This document shows, piece after piece, positions 20,213-33,680 of a stretch of DNA of 64,000 bases. The first letter of the stretch is position 1; every line of letters starts with the position of its first letter. The stretch is from Nemertoderma westbladi (taxonomy: Eukaryota > Animalia > Xenacoelomorpha). Location: positions 1 through 64,000 of the forward strand of contig JAUCBJ010008604.1 of the NCBI GenBank assembly GCA_032718475.1, written 5' to 3'. A program made the position numbers and the translations under genes. Under the pieces are notes generated by a model that worked only from the letters and a program-made list of their open reading frames with translations, searched no databases and was not told the origin of the DNA.

Positions 20213-22763
20213 ATGGATAAAATCGAAGCATATTCAGGAACCGATCGGTCCCTGGACGCCGGAGTTTGTCGATCCAAACTAGCTTCCGCAATCGCTGACG
20301 CCGTAGAGTTAAGCAACAAAGATGAGTTATTAAACTGTTACAACCAGGAGATAGGCGGCAGTGAAGCCGACAAGAAGATGACGTTGGACCAAGCCTTTCG
20401 GGACGCAATCAAAGGCAACATAGGCAACATCGACTTGTGCCTTCGTATCATTGATTTCTGCATCGAGTTAGTTAAAGACGGTATGACTTCAACCAGCGCG
20501 ATATTCGCTATAATAGCCGACGCTCTGGATCTGCTTCCGCTGGAGCATTGCGAGAAAGTTTTCACCTACATAGAGAGTAACGTAGCCGTATGGAAGCAGG
20601 ATCATCTCTACTCCGCCGGGAAGACCTACCTGCTGCGGATGTGCAACGACCTGTTGCGTCGACTTAGCGAGTCGCAGCAGACGGTTATCTGTGGCCGAAT
20701 TCAGATGTTTCTCGCTCGACTATTCCCGTTGAGCGAGAAGTCAGCCCTGAATCTAATGTCCCACTTTAACGTGGATAACCGGACAGTGTTCAGCAACAAA
20801 GAGGAAGTAATCCAGAACCACCTGCGGGAAGAGGGAATTGAGGAGGGGGAGCTCACGAAGATCGCGCCCCCCGTCGACTACGATCTATACCGAAAGTTCT
20901 GGACTCTCCAGGACTACTTCCGGTTGCCCACGCAGTGCTACGAGAAGGCGGCGTGGAGAAGGTTCACTCGCTACTCAGATGACGTCCTCACCGTTTTTGC
21001 TTCCTACAAGGTTGACGTTAGTCAGTCCTCCCGCAAACGGAAGCACAGCGTAACCCAGGATGACGTCACCAACCGCGAGATGACGTCATCCGATGAGGTT
21101 TGCTTCACTAAGTTTCTAACCAATGAGAAGCTCCTGGATCTACAGATGAGTGACCCCAACTTCCGGCGACATATTCTCCTACAAATGCTCTTCCTATTTC
21201 AGTACCTCGGCGGTAACGTGAAGTTCAAACTCGCCAATCAGGTGATTATATATGAATTAATATACATTAAATGTTAAACTCAACTTAATCTGATTATTTA
21301 ATTTTTCTAACATTTACAGATTTAGCATAAAGGGAAAATCTTCAGAAGCGCAGCACATATGGATGACTTCATATACGAGAGTCACTGCCTTCTAGTCAAA
21401 ACATTCTTTATCTTATTAAAAACAGTGAGCAGAAAGAAGGCGCTCTGCTCTAATATATGTTAAATATTAAATTAAATACAATTAAAAAATAATTATAAAT
21501 AATAATTATTGGCTTACAGTAGTATTATGTAATCATTGGGTATTGACGACGGTATTGTGATTGCATACAATGGGCCTGCAATACAATATCATGCAATGGT
21601 ATAATAATACATATATATAGCAAAACAGCATACAGTAAAATCCAGAGGCTTTATACTACTGGCGTGGCGAGTGACTTTTTTTAAACTTTTTTTAACTAAA
21701 AAATACAAAATAGTGAAGGGAATTATGTTTTTATTTAATTCACTCAAATAGTTAGCCCTAATTAACTTAAAATTAAGTAAAAGTTAATTTTTAGATAAAA
21801 TTATAAATAACCCCAACAATCCAAATATCCCCTCTACAGGTTCTCTCTGACGATCAGACTGGGTGGATAACCTCGACCGAGACGCGGGTTTACTCAATGC
21901 TGCGGGACACACCGCCGGATGGGCCCCAGTTCGCGGCCACGGTCGACCAACTGCTAAACCGTGAGACCAACTGGATCGGCTGGAAGAACGAGGGCTGCGC
22001 GTCGTACACGCGGCCACCGCGCGCGGAATCCCGCGTCAAACTGCGGATCCGGCGCGCCTCGATCGCCGACGACGAGGTTCCCACGCACCACTCGCACGAT
22101 CTCGGATCCGCCGAACTCACCCGACTGTGGAACATCGCCCCGGATAACATGCAGTCCTGTAAACTCCCGGAACGCCGATTGCAACCCACGCTGGAGGCCT
22201 TCTTCGAGTCCCCGGTGCAGCAACTAAACCCGAACTGCGGAATAGAAGACGAGTACAAGGCGACCCACCAACCCAACCACCAGTGGCGCGCGTTGCGGCT
22301 CCTGTCCCGCAAGGCGCCGTTCTTCTTCCATCCGACCACCCAAGCGTTCGCCAACATGAGTCAGTACATGGAGTACATGTGCCGGAAGCTGGCGAAAGAG
22401 TACCCGAACTTGGGGAAACAGTTGGAGGGAGGGGGGAGTGCGGTTGGGAGTAACGGTGGAGGGAGCAACGCTGTGAGCGACAGCGAGGGGAGCGAGAGTG
22501 AGTTCGAGGATACGGAAACAATGGTGACGGCTAAACAGTTGGAGAATCTCGCTGGGAAGCTGACGCCGCCAGAGTGGAAGAAACTCGCGATACAATTGGA
22601 CTTTAAGGATATGGACATACAGGAGTTGGCGGACAGCTACGAGGAACCCCTGACGCAGGCGAGGAAGATGCTCGCCTCCTGGTTCACTAATAACGGGACT
22701 AACGCCACGTTAAAGTCATTAACTACCGCGTTAACCGACGTCGGCTTGTCTAACTACCTATAG
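20213..22763 (+). CDS. THOC1: THO complex subunit 1 (Hpr1), two exons: 20213-21241 and 21840-22763
   Basis: LLRMCNDLLRRLS, CGRIQMFLARLFPLSEKSALN, LYRKFWTLQDYFR, NWIGWKNEGC, ELTRLWN, WRALRLL and a C-terminal death domain. Phase-0 intron CAG|GTGATT ... CTACAG|GTT joins the frames. Confidence 0.96.
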
Positions 22764-25317
22764 TGCCGTACGGACTTTATTTAGTATCGTTAACTTTCAT
22801 TTTGTTAAGCTAAGTGTTTATTTTTCGTTTTCTTACAATTTACGTACATTTAATTATACATGTACGCCAAACGAACTGCGTGTTTATTTCGATAGTCTGT
22901 CTGGCCGCTATCCAACTCAAGTTTTGGGTGACTATGTGATCTTACTGTCAACCTACTTCCAGAATATGCCCATAAGAGTGCTCTTACAGATGGAGTTGAG
23001 GACCGATGTAAATATCTATTAACTATCCTCACATAGTTGAAACTCAAAGAGCTGGTGCCGTGGAATAGCAAAATACATTGCGGAATGGTCTTGACATGGT
23101 AATAACGAACGGAAATTCCTTTGATTGGGTACATCCAGTCGAGTTATTTATTTTAAACTAGCAACCAATTAACAATAGAATAATATGTTAACAGTAAATT
23201 ATAAAAAAGGCCATCTTTCAAGCGCCCAGACTCACCCTCCTAGAAAATTCCAAGCGACCTTTACTCCAAGTTTGAGTCAGACCACGTAGAATGTAAATGT
23301 AGAATTTCGCACGCAGTGCCCAAGAGATGATTGACATTAAATAACTATAATTCTCGTGGTCTCCTGTCAGGACATTTATTATATTGTTCCTTACAGCCAA
23401 CTACAGTCGTACCTCGTAAAAATATATTTCCCTTATTACAAATAGTAGCAAAATAAATAAATTTGAGTCATTTTATCAAACTGTATTTTATTGCAAATAT
23501 ATTTTACCGAAAATTTTTACTTCTACCGATCTTTCTAAATGAAATACCGTAATTAAAAACATGGATGTGACTTTGTGTCTTAACTCTATAATATTGAAAC
23601 ACAACCTGATGGGTAATCCATAATATAAAATAAAAAAGGTTGTGTTTGACCTAATAATTAATGTAATATAATTATTCGTCTCCAAGTTCATTACTCTGGA
23701 GTCCCGAATAGACACGTCTATAAATTTTTGAAAAAAATTCCACCCACAATTCTCTTATTTTTTATTATGAGTAAATAAACGTTTGTTCTCATAATAATTG
23801 AGAGTTGAAAGTGAAAGTAAACAAAAACCGTGTACCGAGTATACCACCGGTAGCCGTAGGTACTACTGTACCTGTATAACTGTGTCAAAAATGTTCCTCC
23901 CACCCCGTTTATTCCACCCACCCCGTCCATCGGGACTCCTCCAGAGTACACACACATTGATTCTGGGTTACAACTAATAAGCAATCTCTTCTTGACCTTT
24001 AATAATAGCGCACACCGACGTTTAATAATTGGCTGTTAAGTGTGTTCGAGAGCAATGGATATTGAGCTCAACATGTTAAGATCTTACATATTCTTAATTA
24101 TCTCGAGAATTAATTAATTAATTAACGCGTAACTTTCCTATTCCAAGGCCGATACACAAATAAACCACCATACAAAGTCTCGTATCGATTCACCGTCAGT
24201 GTTTAGGCGGAGATAGGGCTACGACAAACATACATAATATACAACATTGACAATTGTATTATTGTATTATATGGCGGCCAAACAATTTATATATAAATAT
24301 TTTTATATTCCACTTGGCCCATGGCTGCCATAATTTTTTTTATTCTTTGCTCCTCGTGGCCCATGGCTGCTAGTTGCAGGTAAACAGGTCCATTGATGGA
24401 TGCATCTCTCAGTACAAATGGAGATAACTTCAAAATTATCGGCACCTTTTTGCTTTTTGCTTTCGGAATCGAAACTTGCTACAATCTTCATTATTTAGCT
24501 GTTTGAAGTTCCATCCATTGAGAAATTGTAGCCGTGATTATATTTGAAAAATTACTGTGATGTGAGCTGTGGGGCCATACTAAATGCTCGAAACCTTTAA
24601 TCATAAATCAAAGGTTCAAAAGTCAAACTAACGCCATATTCGTAAGATTATTTAAATATAGGGATGTCGATCTGTTTAAAAAAATCTGGAACATAAATAT
24701 ATTCTACTGGTTCTGGATCGGGATACTGTTTGGATTTGATCACTAGCATAAGATAATGTTCAAACATACAAATAGAAAGGTTTTATACATTTGGAAACAT
24801 GGCCAATTATGCTATTTTGTAAAACTATAATATAAATCATTGAAAATTGATTTCGTTGAATCTGAAATAAAAATAAAAGTTCCAAAATTTTATAAACGAA
24901 ACTACGGACTTAAGAAATACACGGCATTTATAATTTTTTATTGCTCGATAAATGATATTGATCAATATATGATAATGATATTGATAAATGATATGATTGA
25001 ATTATAATGATACCATGATAAACCGTTAAATGTTGAACGGTGTTTGTGGTACTGTGTAGTCTATAGCCCCTTCGCAATTTCATTCTAAAAAGATCTTGTC
25101 TATAGAGTTTGTCTAAATGACTTCTCTATTCGTTTATAGCACTTGTTTGTTTCGTTTCATCGGTATAGGGAATTTGTTTCTCTAAACGAATAAATTTGTG
25201 TAACGAATTGTTACACGAACGAAGACATGCTATGACAAGTTTTACATTGGCGGATTTATGTATTATTATAAAATAATAGTTAAACAAATAAATTCTCCCA
25301 AACAATATTATAACCTA

Positions 25318-26223
25318 TCACGGACAATCGTATATATGAATTGCTTTATCGTCTGAAACCGACACAAGTTTGGAACCAGTTCGATTAAACCGACACGACC
25401 ACACCTGGTCGGTGTGGTCCGCGAAGGTTGCCTCGCATCGTCTCTCCCCTACATGCCACACCCTGCAGGTCCGATCAGCGGAGGTGGACGCGAACCGAGT
25501 GTTATCGGGGTGGTAATCGACGCTGAGGACCCATGAGGCGTGTCCGGACAACGTCGAGACAAGAGATGCGGCCAGAACGTCGTAAACCTTTATATATCCG
25601 TCGTCTGAAGCTGTAATCAACAGCTGGGAAGCGGGAGAGAATGAAAGTCCTCGTATGGGCATGGCGTGGCCTTCCAACGTGTGTATGAGACGACCTGTCG
25701 CCAAGTCGAATATGTTTATAATACCGTCGATAGCACCGGAGGCCACGTATTTACCGTCCGGACTACAAGCCAACGACATTGTAAACTTCCCACGCGTATC
25801 GAGCGACGTTTCTTTCTCTCCTTTATCGATGTTAAACACGTTTATCTTTCCGGAATGACTTCCCGTTATGACGTTCTGTCCGTCCGGTGTGAATGTCACG
25901 GTCCAGGCGTCCACTGGGCCCGCGTCTATGGTCTTTAGGAGGGTCCCCTTACTGGTGTCCCACAGTCGTATCTGGGAGTCCAGTGAGTTGCTCGCGATTA
26001 CGGTGCCGTCCGGGTTGATGTCCACCGATACGACGCCCAGTTGGTGGCCCTCGAACACGTGCTTGAGGTCGAGTCGATCGTCCGTGTAGCGCCAAGCCTT
26101 GACCAGGTCGTCAACGCCGCCCGTTACTATGTAATCTATGTCGTCCTTCTCGCAATGTTTCCACGCGCAGCTCCAGATTCCATCGTCGTGCGAGTTGCTT
26201 TGCTTATACTGAACAGTATACAT
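25318..26223 (-). CDS. WDR61: WD40 protein WDR61/Ski8 (SKI and PAF1 complexes), intronless, 301 aa
   Basis: [64 protein letters not shown], end IHIYDCP. Probable start MYTVQYKQ at 26223. Confidence 0.96.
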   Translation of the reverse strand: MYTVQYKQSNSHDDGIWSCAWKHCEKDDIDYIVTGGVDDLVKAWRYTDDRLDLKHVFEGHQLGVVSVDINPDGTVIASNSLDSQIRLWDTSKGTLLKTIDAGPVDAWTVTFTPDGQNVITGSHSGKINVFNIDKGEKETSLDTRGKFTMSLACSPDGKYVASGAIDGIINIFDLATGRLIHTLEGHAMPIRGLSFSPASQLLITASDDGYIKVYDVLAASLVSTLSGHASWVLSVDYHPDNTRFASTSADRTCRVWHVGERRCEATFADHTDQVWSCRFNRTGSKLVSVSDDKAIHIYDCP

Positions 26224-27729
26224 TGTGTTGTGTTGGTCCACTCCACAGGTACCGGTAGTACTGTAGTAAATATGCAATAATAATCAACGTTGGTTTGGTA
26301 GCCTACTCCTGTACCGCTAGTCCTACAACTCTTGTACTCAAACTCTACAAAAACGAAGTAGGCCTACTACATCCGCTATTATTGAAACTGAAATGAGGCT
26401 TGCGAATGTAAACTTATCACTGGGGCTCTGCTCGGGTTCCTGCAGCTATTAATAGTTTGTTTGATTGTGGCTGGCTGGCTGGCTGCTGGGTTTGTGGCTA
26501 GAATGTTTGAACGCTAATAAGTCGGTCAATCATGGATGAAATGGAACCAAACTTGGTACACATCAGCACATGTAGTATCAAAAGTTTGGAAATTCTCCAC
26601 ACATACAGATTTATTTAGTTCCTCTGTCTGCCGCTAGGAGCGAATTGACAGTAGCTGTAATTATAGAACCAACCAGAAGATTCATCTGAAATTTGGTAGT
26701 GGTAACCTACGCGCATTGTTTAATTACAAATTCTACACACAGGCAGACTTTCACAGTTCCTCCTGTCTGCAGCTAGGGGGCGAATTGTCAGCTCCAGTTC
26801 ATCGTGCTTAGCATGATTTAATTTATTACGATATAGTGATATATACTTTTAGCTATACATAATTTTTGTTGATATTATTTACTCATGTATTTACTTGCAT
26901 TATACATATACGTACAGTACACCATTTCGATATTTCATTATACCCAAAAAGTATTACGCAAGCAATTTAAAAACAATGAAAATGGAAATCTGTGCCGACA
27001 TGTACGTACATTGTACTTGTGCATACGATAATGCAATATTTTTTGTAGTTTACTAATAATTAATGGCAATAATTAATCGTCCTTCTAAACATTATCATTT
27101 TTCCTAAATTTTAACAGGTAAATCACTAAAATATCAATTCAGTTTCCATGAAATATTTTACAAGAGTAGGCCTATCACTAAAATCTATTACTTAATACTA
27201 ATTAACGGAAAGGAGACGGTTACAGTGGCACGCTATTCTAACCAAAACAATAAACGAAATTCAATAAAACTGGTTACATATTTATTTCTGATGATGCAAG
27301 TTATCATACGGGTACCCTCTAGGCACCCTCTAGCGGGAGACTGGATAACTTCTGAGTCAACCACGGAAATTATATTTCAGAAATTTGAAAAGACTACAAA
27401 AATAAACAGTAAGAAATATTAAATAATTAATAACCGTCTGTGACAATATTATTATAAATTTCGTGATGAGTTTATAGTTCAAACCACTAAAACCAGGTAA
27501 TTATATAAAAAAAATACAATATAAGCTAAAAAGATCACTGTTTACAAACTTTTCAAATTGCACATTACTTTATAAATTCTTTATTGCACTATTTACCGGT
27601 AAGTGGCATGATAGTTTAATAAGTTTAATAAGGAGTATATATTTATTGAGATACTCCTCAGAATATGCCCAATAATAATAATTCAATAACATTGAGTTGA
27701 GTTGAGTCAATTCAATAACAAGGGTTATA

Positions 27730-28043
27730 TTGAAAAATATCGAGAGTAAAAATATCGGGAGTAAAAATATCGGGAGTAAAATTAGCTATAATTTTTTGTA
27801 TGAAACACTAGCTATCGACGAAAACATTAGCTAGTACCTGATTACTATAGAAACTAAAATAAACATTATTAAACATATATAAAGTATTTTACTCGCGATA
27901 TTTTTACTCGCGAACTTTTTACTCGCGATATTTTTACTCGCGAACTTTTTACTCGCGATATTTTTACTCGCGAACTTTTTACTCGCGATATTTTTACTCG
28001 CGAATTTTTTACTCCCGATATTTTTAAACTCGATATTTTTCAA
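27730..28043. mobile_element. Small inverted-repeat element made of 15-bp units (TTTTTACTCGCGATA)
   Basis: 3 units in one orientation (27733-27780) and about 10 in the other (27885-28042); ends TTGAAAAATATCGAG / CTCGATATTTTTCAA. Confidence 0.65.
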
Positions 28044-28148
28044 AGTCTCAATAAATTGTTCAGCAATACCTAGTCACGCATTTTCTACGGCGTAAATATA
28101 ATCAAGTTGGGAAAGATTGAGGTAGAAAGAAAATTCAATCTCGATGGT

Positions 28149-29105
28149 TTACGATAAACTGGAACCGAACACAATTGTTCCCGAACAATAAGGACAATCC
28201 ACGTAAAGAGTCTTATTACAAGTAGCGATACCACTAGTGTCTTGAAAGCTCTCGGTCAAACAGTATTTGTGGTAAACTTGACCACATCTTTCGGTGCTGG
28301 GGCAGGGAACTAAAGGAATCTCGTCCCCCAATTCGTGAGTGTAGCACAAACCGCACTCCTGGAACACCTCGCCAACTAATTCCCCTTTCTGCGGAATACG
28401 AGTTTCGAGAATGAGTTCCATGTTTCCCAGCAGGGAGTGATCGCTGTCCCATAGATCCATGTTTCTTGTGAATATTTGTTGGTAGGCGTTCGCTGCCTTT
28501 GTGTCAAATCCGGCAAAGGTACAAACCGGAATATTCCACGGTTTATTGGGATCAATCTCGAGTTTCAGTGTGACACCACTGTTTATAGATATTGTCCGGT
28601 AGTTGTCTTGTTTAGTTGGGTTTTTTGGCTCTATGACGCAACACTCCTGGTCTAGCTCTGAAAACACTAGCAAAGCGTCGTTAAATTTGGAGACGGCAGT
28701 TTGAAAATGAGAATAAATTGCTTTGATAGAGGGGTCTTTTAATTCTGATAGGTCTAACGGAGAAGCCAGACTGTCTGATAGACACAATGCGGTCTCTAAA
28801 CAAGGGTCGTTGATGGAAACAGTCAGTATGTGATCGCCCTGTTCCCCATTTTCCGACGGTGCCCTGAGTACGATAAAATGCAAATCACCGGACACTGAAT
28901 GAATGGAAGTTTTTAATTCCATCAAGTCTTGAGACAATTTCTCATAAAAAGCGGCAATTTTAAGGAAGGCATCGCCCAGCTGCATAGAGCCCTGAGAATT
29001 ATCCACTAACTTCGTAGCCCACATTCCTAACGTATCACACCATGGCCACTGAGGAGTATCGTTGTCGACCTCAAAACGTTTCCGCCACTCTAAAAACTCC
29101 ATCAT
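28149..29105 (-). CDS. FANCL: FANCL-like E3 ubiquitin ligase (DRWD/URD plus RING); N-terminus missing or disrupted
   Basis: ELDQECCVIEPKNPTKQDNYRTISI...LEIDPNKPWNIPVCTFAG, WDSDHSLLGNMELIL and RING CGLCY...P...C...CGQVYHKYCL...CPYCS match the FANCL layout. Confidence 0.85.
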   Translation of the reverse strand: MMEFLEWRKRFEVDNDTPQWPWCDTLGMWATKLVDNSQGSMQLGDAFLKIAAFYEKLSQDLMELKTSIHSVSGDLHFIVLRAPSENGEQGDHILTVSINDPCLETALCLSDSLASPLDLSELKDPSIKAIYSHFQTAVSKFNDALLVFSELDQECCVIEPKNPTKQDNYRTISINSGVTLKLEIDPNKPWNIPVCTFAGFDTKAANAYQQIFTRNMDLWDSDHSLLGNMELILETRIPQKGELVGEVFQECGLCYTHELGDEIPLVPCPSTERCGQVYHKYCLTESFQDTSGIATCNKTLYVDCPYCSGTIVFGSSLS

Positions 29106-29145
29106 TCCAGCACTCAGAAAGTCAACAATGTACTCTGCAGTTCTG

Positions 29146-30477
29146 GTACCTATCAGTAATCAGTACACAACCAGACAACCGTGTAGGCAGGTACGGACTT
29201 CAGTAAAGGATTATGCTATGCTAAGTCAGACAAGTCCCTAAAAGGTGCCACCCTGCTCCATAGCGCGGGAAATTCAAATGATTGAAAGACATGTTATTTG
29301 TACTGGAAAGGGTGCCAGATCAGATCTGCCACCTATATATTGGCGGTAAATTCAAATCTGTTTTAACATTGAATACATGAATAGAGTAAGACCAATCTGC
29401 CAATGTAATTCATTGAATCAGAATAAATTATTTATTATCGGTTTAACTCACTCATCCGTTAACGTTGTTGATTTATCTATTCTGGGACTTCGAGCAGCAC
29501 GTGAACAACTAAACCAGCACGCTAACTACCGGTAGTCTGGGGCTTCGAGCACCACGCGAAACAACTAAACTGGCTGGTTACCTAGTCTGGGACTTTGAGC
29601 AGCACGTGAACAACTAAACCAGCACGTTAACTTGTCTGGGGCTTCGAGGGGCACGCGAACAACTAAACTGCTGGTTACCTAGTCTGGGACTCCGAGCAGC
29701 ACGTGAACAACTAAACCTGCACGTTAACTAGTCTGGGACTTCGAGCAGCACGTGAAAAACTAAGCTGACTGGTTAACTAGTCTGGGATTTCGAGCAGCAC
29801 GTGTATAACTAAGCTATGACTGGTTAACTAGTCTGGTACATGTCTGGGACAGATATAGCAGTATAGGCAGAAGCATTATACACCTATTGTTATTACAGTA
29901 GTAGGCTTACCTGCGATATATTTTACTATCAGTTCCCTGCTATATTGTTATAATTATAATGTTCTGATGTAATTAAAACTGATACAAGCAAATAATAAAT
30001 GTTCTTTACATTTTACTGATAGAAGTTAAGCCAAATCCCCCGATTCCCCCCCCCCCCCCCCCCCCCCCCCTCCTCAATTTGCAATTTTGCTCGAAGTCCC
30101 AGACTAGTTAACCAGTCAGCTTAGTTGTTCACGTGCTGCTCGAAGTCCCAGAATAGATAAAACAACAACAATAACGGATGAGTGAGTTAAACCGATAAGA
30201 AATAATTTATTCTGATTCAATGAATTACATTAGTCTTACTCTTATTCATGTATTCAATGTTAAAACAGATTTGAATTTACCGCCAAAATATAGGTAGCAG
30301 ATCTGATCTGCCACCCTTTCCAGTACAAATTACATGTCTTTCAATCATTTGAATTTCCCGCGCTACGGAGCTGGGTGGCACCTTTTAGGGACTTGTCTGA
30401 CTTAGCATAGCATAATCCTTTACTGAAGTCCGTACCTGCCTACGTTGTCTGGTTGTGTACTGATTACTGATAGGTAC
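29146..30477. mobile_element. Non-autonomous DNA element with TIRs of about 370-400 bp and internal repeats of about 55 bp
   Basis: GTACCTATCAGTAATCAGTACACAACCAGAC... mirrored at ...CTGATTACTGATAGGTAC; TA or GTAC duplicated. Tandem TCTGGGACTTCGAGCAGCACGTGAACAACTAA units at 29480-29835, one inverted copy near 30088-30150. Confidence 0.88.
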
Positions 30478-32966
30478 TCCGAACCGAAAGGAATTGGTCA
30501 CCTTATCAGATATTCCTCAACAGTTATCTTGCCGGTACGAAGGCAACTGATGAGATACTGTACTTAGGATCAATATGTTGACAATTATGGTGTGGACTAT
30601 GAGGGACCCATTAGATAACCCTCTACTGGAACGTTACCACCATCGCACCAAGAGTTCGAAAATAGATTTGGAAACATTGAAGTAAATGACTTCGGATTCG
30701 GAATCCAATCATATATTGATTGTAGAGAATTCATACCATCTAAAATATAATTCAAACTAAAATGGACCAATATTGAAAAAATTCGGACACTGTATAATAT
30801 TCTATTGCTAAATAGGAATATTGCCACATCATATAGACTATAAAAATATATGGCCCGGGGTGGCCCCGCAGTTACTACTGTATATGGAGGGGAAGTACAC
30901 TTTAGTTTTATTTCAACATTTACGATATATTCACATTAAATATTTCCAAAGTTCATTCCCCCATCGAATGAGGTGTCCGCAGGTACCGCGTAAATTCGCT
31001 GTGTAGGCCTACTCATTGCGTACAGTCGGTACCGTTACTGTGCAGTCGCACGTTGCCGCAGTTGCAAACTGACTATTGTTAGGATGATAGGTAATCATTA
31101 CGGGTTCAGTTTGGGTGGTCGGCAATGATTGTAGTCCGGTGACGAATTGTAGCTTTCGTTGTAAAACCGATACCCACCGTTGACGCTCATCTATTAATAG
31201 TCAATGTAGAAAAATAGGTAATATAAAATTTGAATTATATAATAAATAACAGGGATGGAATAACGAAACGAAAACGAAACGAAGGATATTTGGTTATCTC
31301 ATCTGTAAGTCGGACACCCATATCAAAGCTTTCAGTGTTGAATCGAATCTACATATTTAGCCTGTTTCGCGCACTTCTGTGTAAACTACACTCCAGGTAA
31401 ACCTAAAGAAGACGGGAATAATCAAGTTTCGTCGCGGTTGTAGACTATGTAAAGATGACAAATTCAACTTACGGTACGGTACATACCGTACGGTTACGGT
31501 TACGGTACTGTACGGTATTATTCTTTGTGTATAAAATTTTGTTAAATTTTTAAATACAGTTTTTATGTTTAATTAATTGTCGTACTATCTTTTAAGGTTA
31601 CTTTGCACGTTTTATTTCACCGCATTATTTGTCCTATTGAGCAATATGTTTGCTTATAGCCCACATGTTTGCCTATATATTGTATGTTGTTAATGCCCTT
31701 GCGTATTTTAATTATTTTTATTTGAAACTAAGTATGCTTTGCCGGTTTTTTAATATCAATTTTTTTAAATCTCATTTTAATATAATTCAATTATTTTTAC
31801 TTAATAATTAATATGCATCAACTGTTTATGTAAGTACAGAAGTACTGTAAATTAGTAATTAACTACAATTTTAATTATTTTACTAATTCTACTGTAGTTA
31901 GTCATTGTGTGTGTATACCATTACCTGTATTTTTATTATAACAGTACGAGTAGGCCTACATACACGCTTATTAGCATACTTTGCCAGATATGTTCATAAT
32001 TGTCATTCTACTGTATATGTGCAAAATTTAATATTTTATTGTTATTCTGGCGATATTAATAACATAACATTAATAACATAACATAACTATGACGGTGAAG
32101 CATAGTTAAAATCGTTAACTGCTATTCCTACCTCGGCGTAACTTTTCAAAGTTAAAAAGTCGACCGAGAAGTGAAATCCTGGTATTCTTCACATGGATCT
32201 CCATTCACAGCATTAGAAACCCAAGAATGCTATCGCTTAGAACAGCTCTAAGAATATTTCAAATTAAGATCTTACCAATAATCACGTAATCTAAACATGA
32301 TTTGGCCCAATCTAAACTGTTAGTCAACAGGATATACAAAGTTAAATCCTTCTTCTTGAAGAAAACAGACAAACTGAAGAAAAGAAAATCACACCTTTAA
32401 CATTAATGCATACTGCTTTTCAAATTATTGGACATCTGAAACTACTCAAGTAGGCCTACAGTAGATATGTTTTTATGACTAACGAGATACCGGTATAATT
32501 TTATTTCATATAACTTTCTTTCGTTACGATCAAGAGTTACGATCACAAACAACTCCCGCAAGCTAAAGTACAGTATGAGTATAGGTATAGATACATAGGT
32601 AGTATATTATATAAAAACAATAACAAAAACAATATCTCTCTCTCTCCTACAATGCCATACCCCAAAGATTGTTTACATACAGTATATCTCACATATAATA
32701 AGTCCTCCAGTCTGCCATCAGCTGTGCAGTGAGCAGTGCTAGTGCACGTGCAGGCTTGCATGTTTTATTTATTATGTGCAAGTACTGAAGTAAGCCTACG
32801 TAATACAGTAATAGGAACAATTAGTTGTGTAGCGCCTACTGTGTAGTGTTGTACCGACAACCGGTACCGGTATTGCAGTATTGGGTAGCAGTATATAGGC
32901 CTATTTCATTACACTGTAGCACTACTGCATTTCAATAGTTAGAGTGAGCTGGTAAGATACTAAGAT

Positions 32967-33680
32967 ATGGATTTGAGACCAAACCATACCGTTTATATTA
33001 ACAATCTCAATGAGAAAATCAAAAAGGATGAACTACGAAAGTCATTATACGCTATTTTCTCACAATTCGGGCAGATTTTAGATATCGTTGCCTTGAAATC
33101 TTTAAAGATGCGAGGCCAGGCGTTTGTCATATTTAAGGAGATTAACAGCGCCACAAACGCACTGCAGTCAATGCAAGGGTTCCCTTTCTACGACAAGCCA
33201 ATGAGAATTCAATATTCTAAATTAGATTCCTATGTAATACAGAAACTTAAGGGAACTTACAACGAAGACAGTCAAAAGCTGAGAGTTAAGGAGGATAGAA
33301 AAGATAAAAAGAAGAAGAAAACTAAAGAATCCGGAGCGACTAAGGTTGTGCCACCGCCGGTGCAGTTACCGGTGATGCCGCCGGCAATGTCCCCGATGAT
33401 GAATCGAGTTCTCGGCCCTATTCAACAGCCCCCGCAGGAGAACGCTCCCAACCAGGTCCTGTTCCTCACCAACCTTCCCGGGGAGACCAACGACATGATG
33501 TTACAGATGTTGTTCAACCAGTTCCAGGGATTCCGTGAGGTCCGTATGATTGCTGGCCGTTCCGACATCGCGTTCGTCGACTTCGAGTCGGACAGCCAGG
33601 CCGCTATCGCGAAGGACGCCCTTCAGGGATTCAAAATCTCCCCCACTAACGCAATGAAGATCAGCTTCGCTAAGAAATGA
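32967..33680 (+). CDS. snf: U1A/U2B'' snRNP protein (sans fille type), intronless, two RRMs
   Basis: [56 protein letters not shown]...; RRM2 [11 protein letters not shown]...AMKISFAKK. Confidence 0.97.
   Translation: MDLRPNHTVYINNLNEKIKKDELRKSLYAIFSQFGQILDIVALKSLKMRGQAFVIFKEINSATNALQSMQGFPFYDKPMRIQYSKLDSYVIQKLKGTYNEDSQKLRVKEDRKDKKKKKTKESGATKVVPPPVQLPVMPPAMSPMMNRVLGPIQQPPQENAPNQVLFLTNLPGETNDMMLQMLFNQFQGFREVRMIAGRSDIAFVDFESDSQAAIAKDALQGFKISPTNAMKISFAKK

Noticed and set aside
22880-23400. Possible decayed minus-strand exons (faint OTU-like pattern)
   Set aside because: Frames are broken and similarity is too weak to support.
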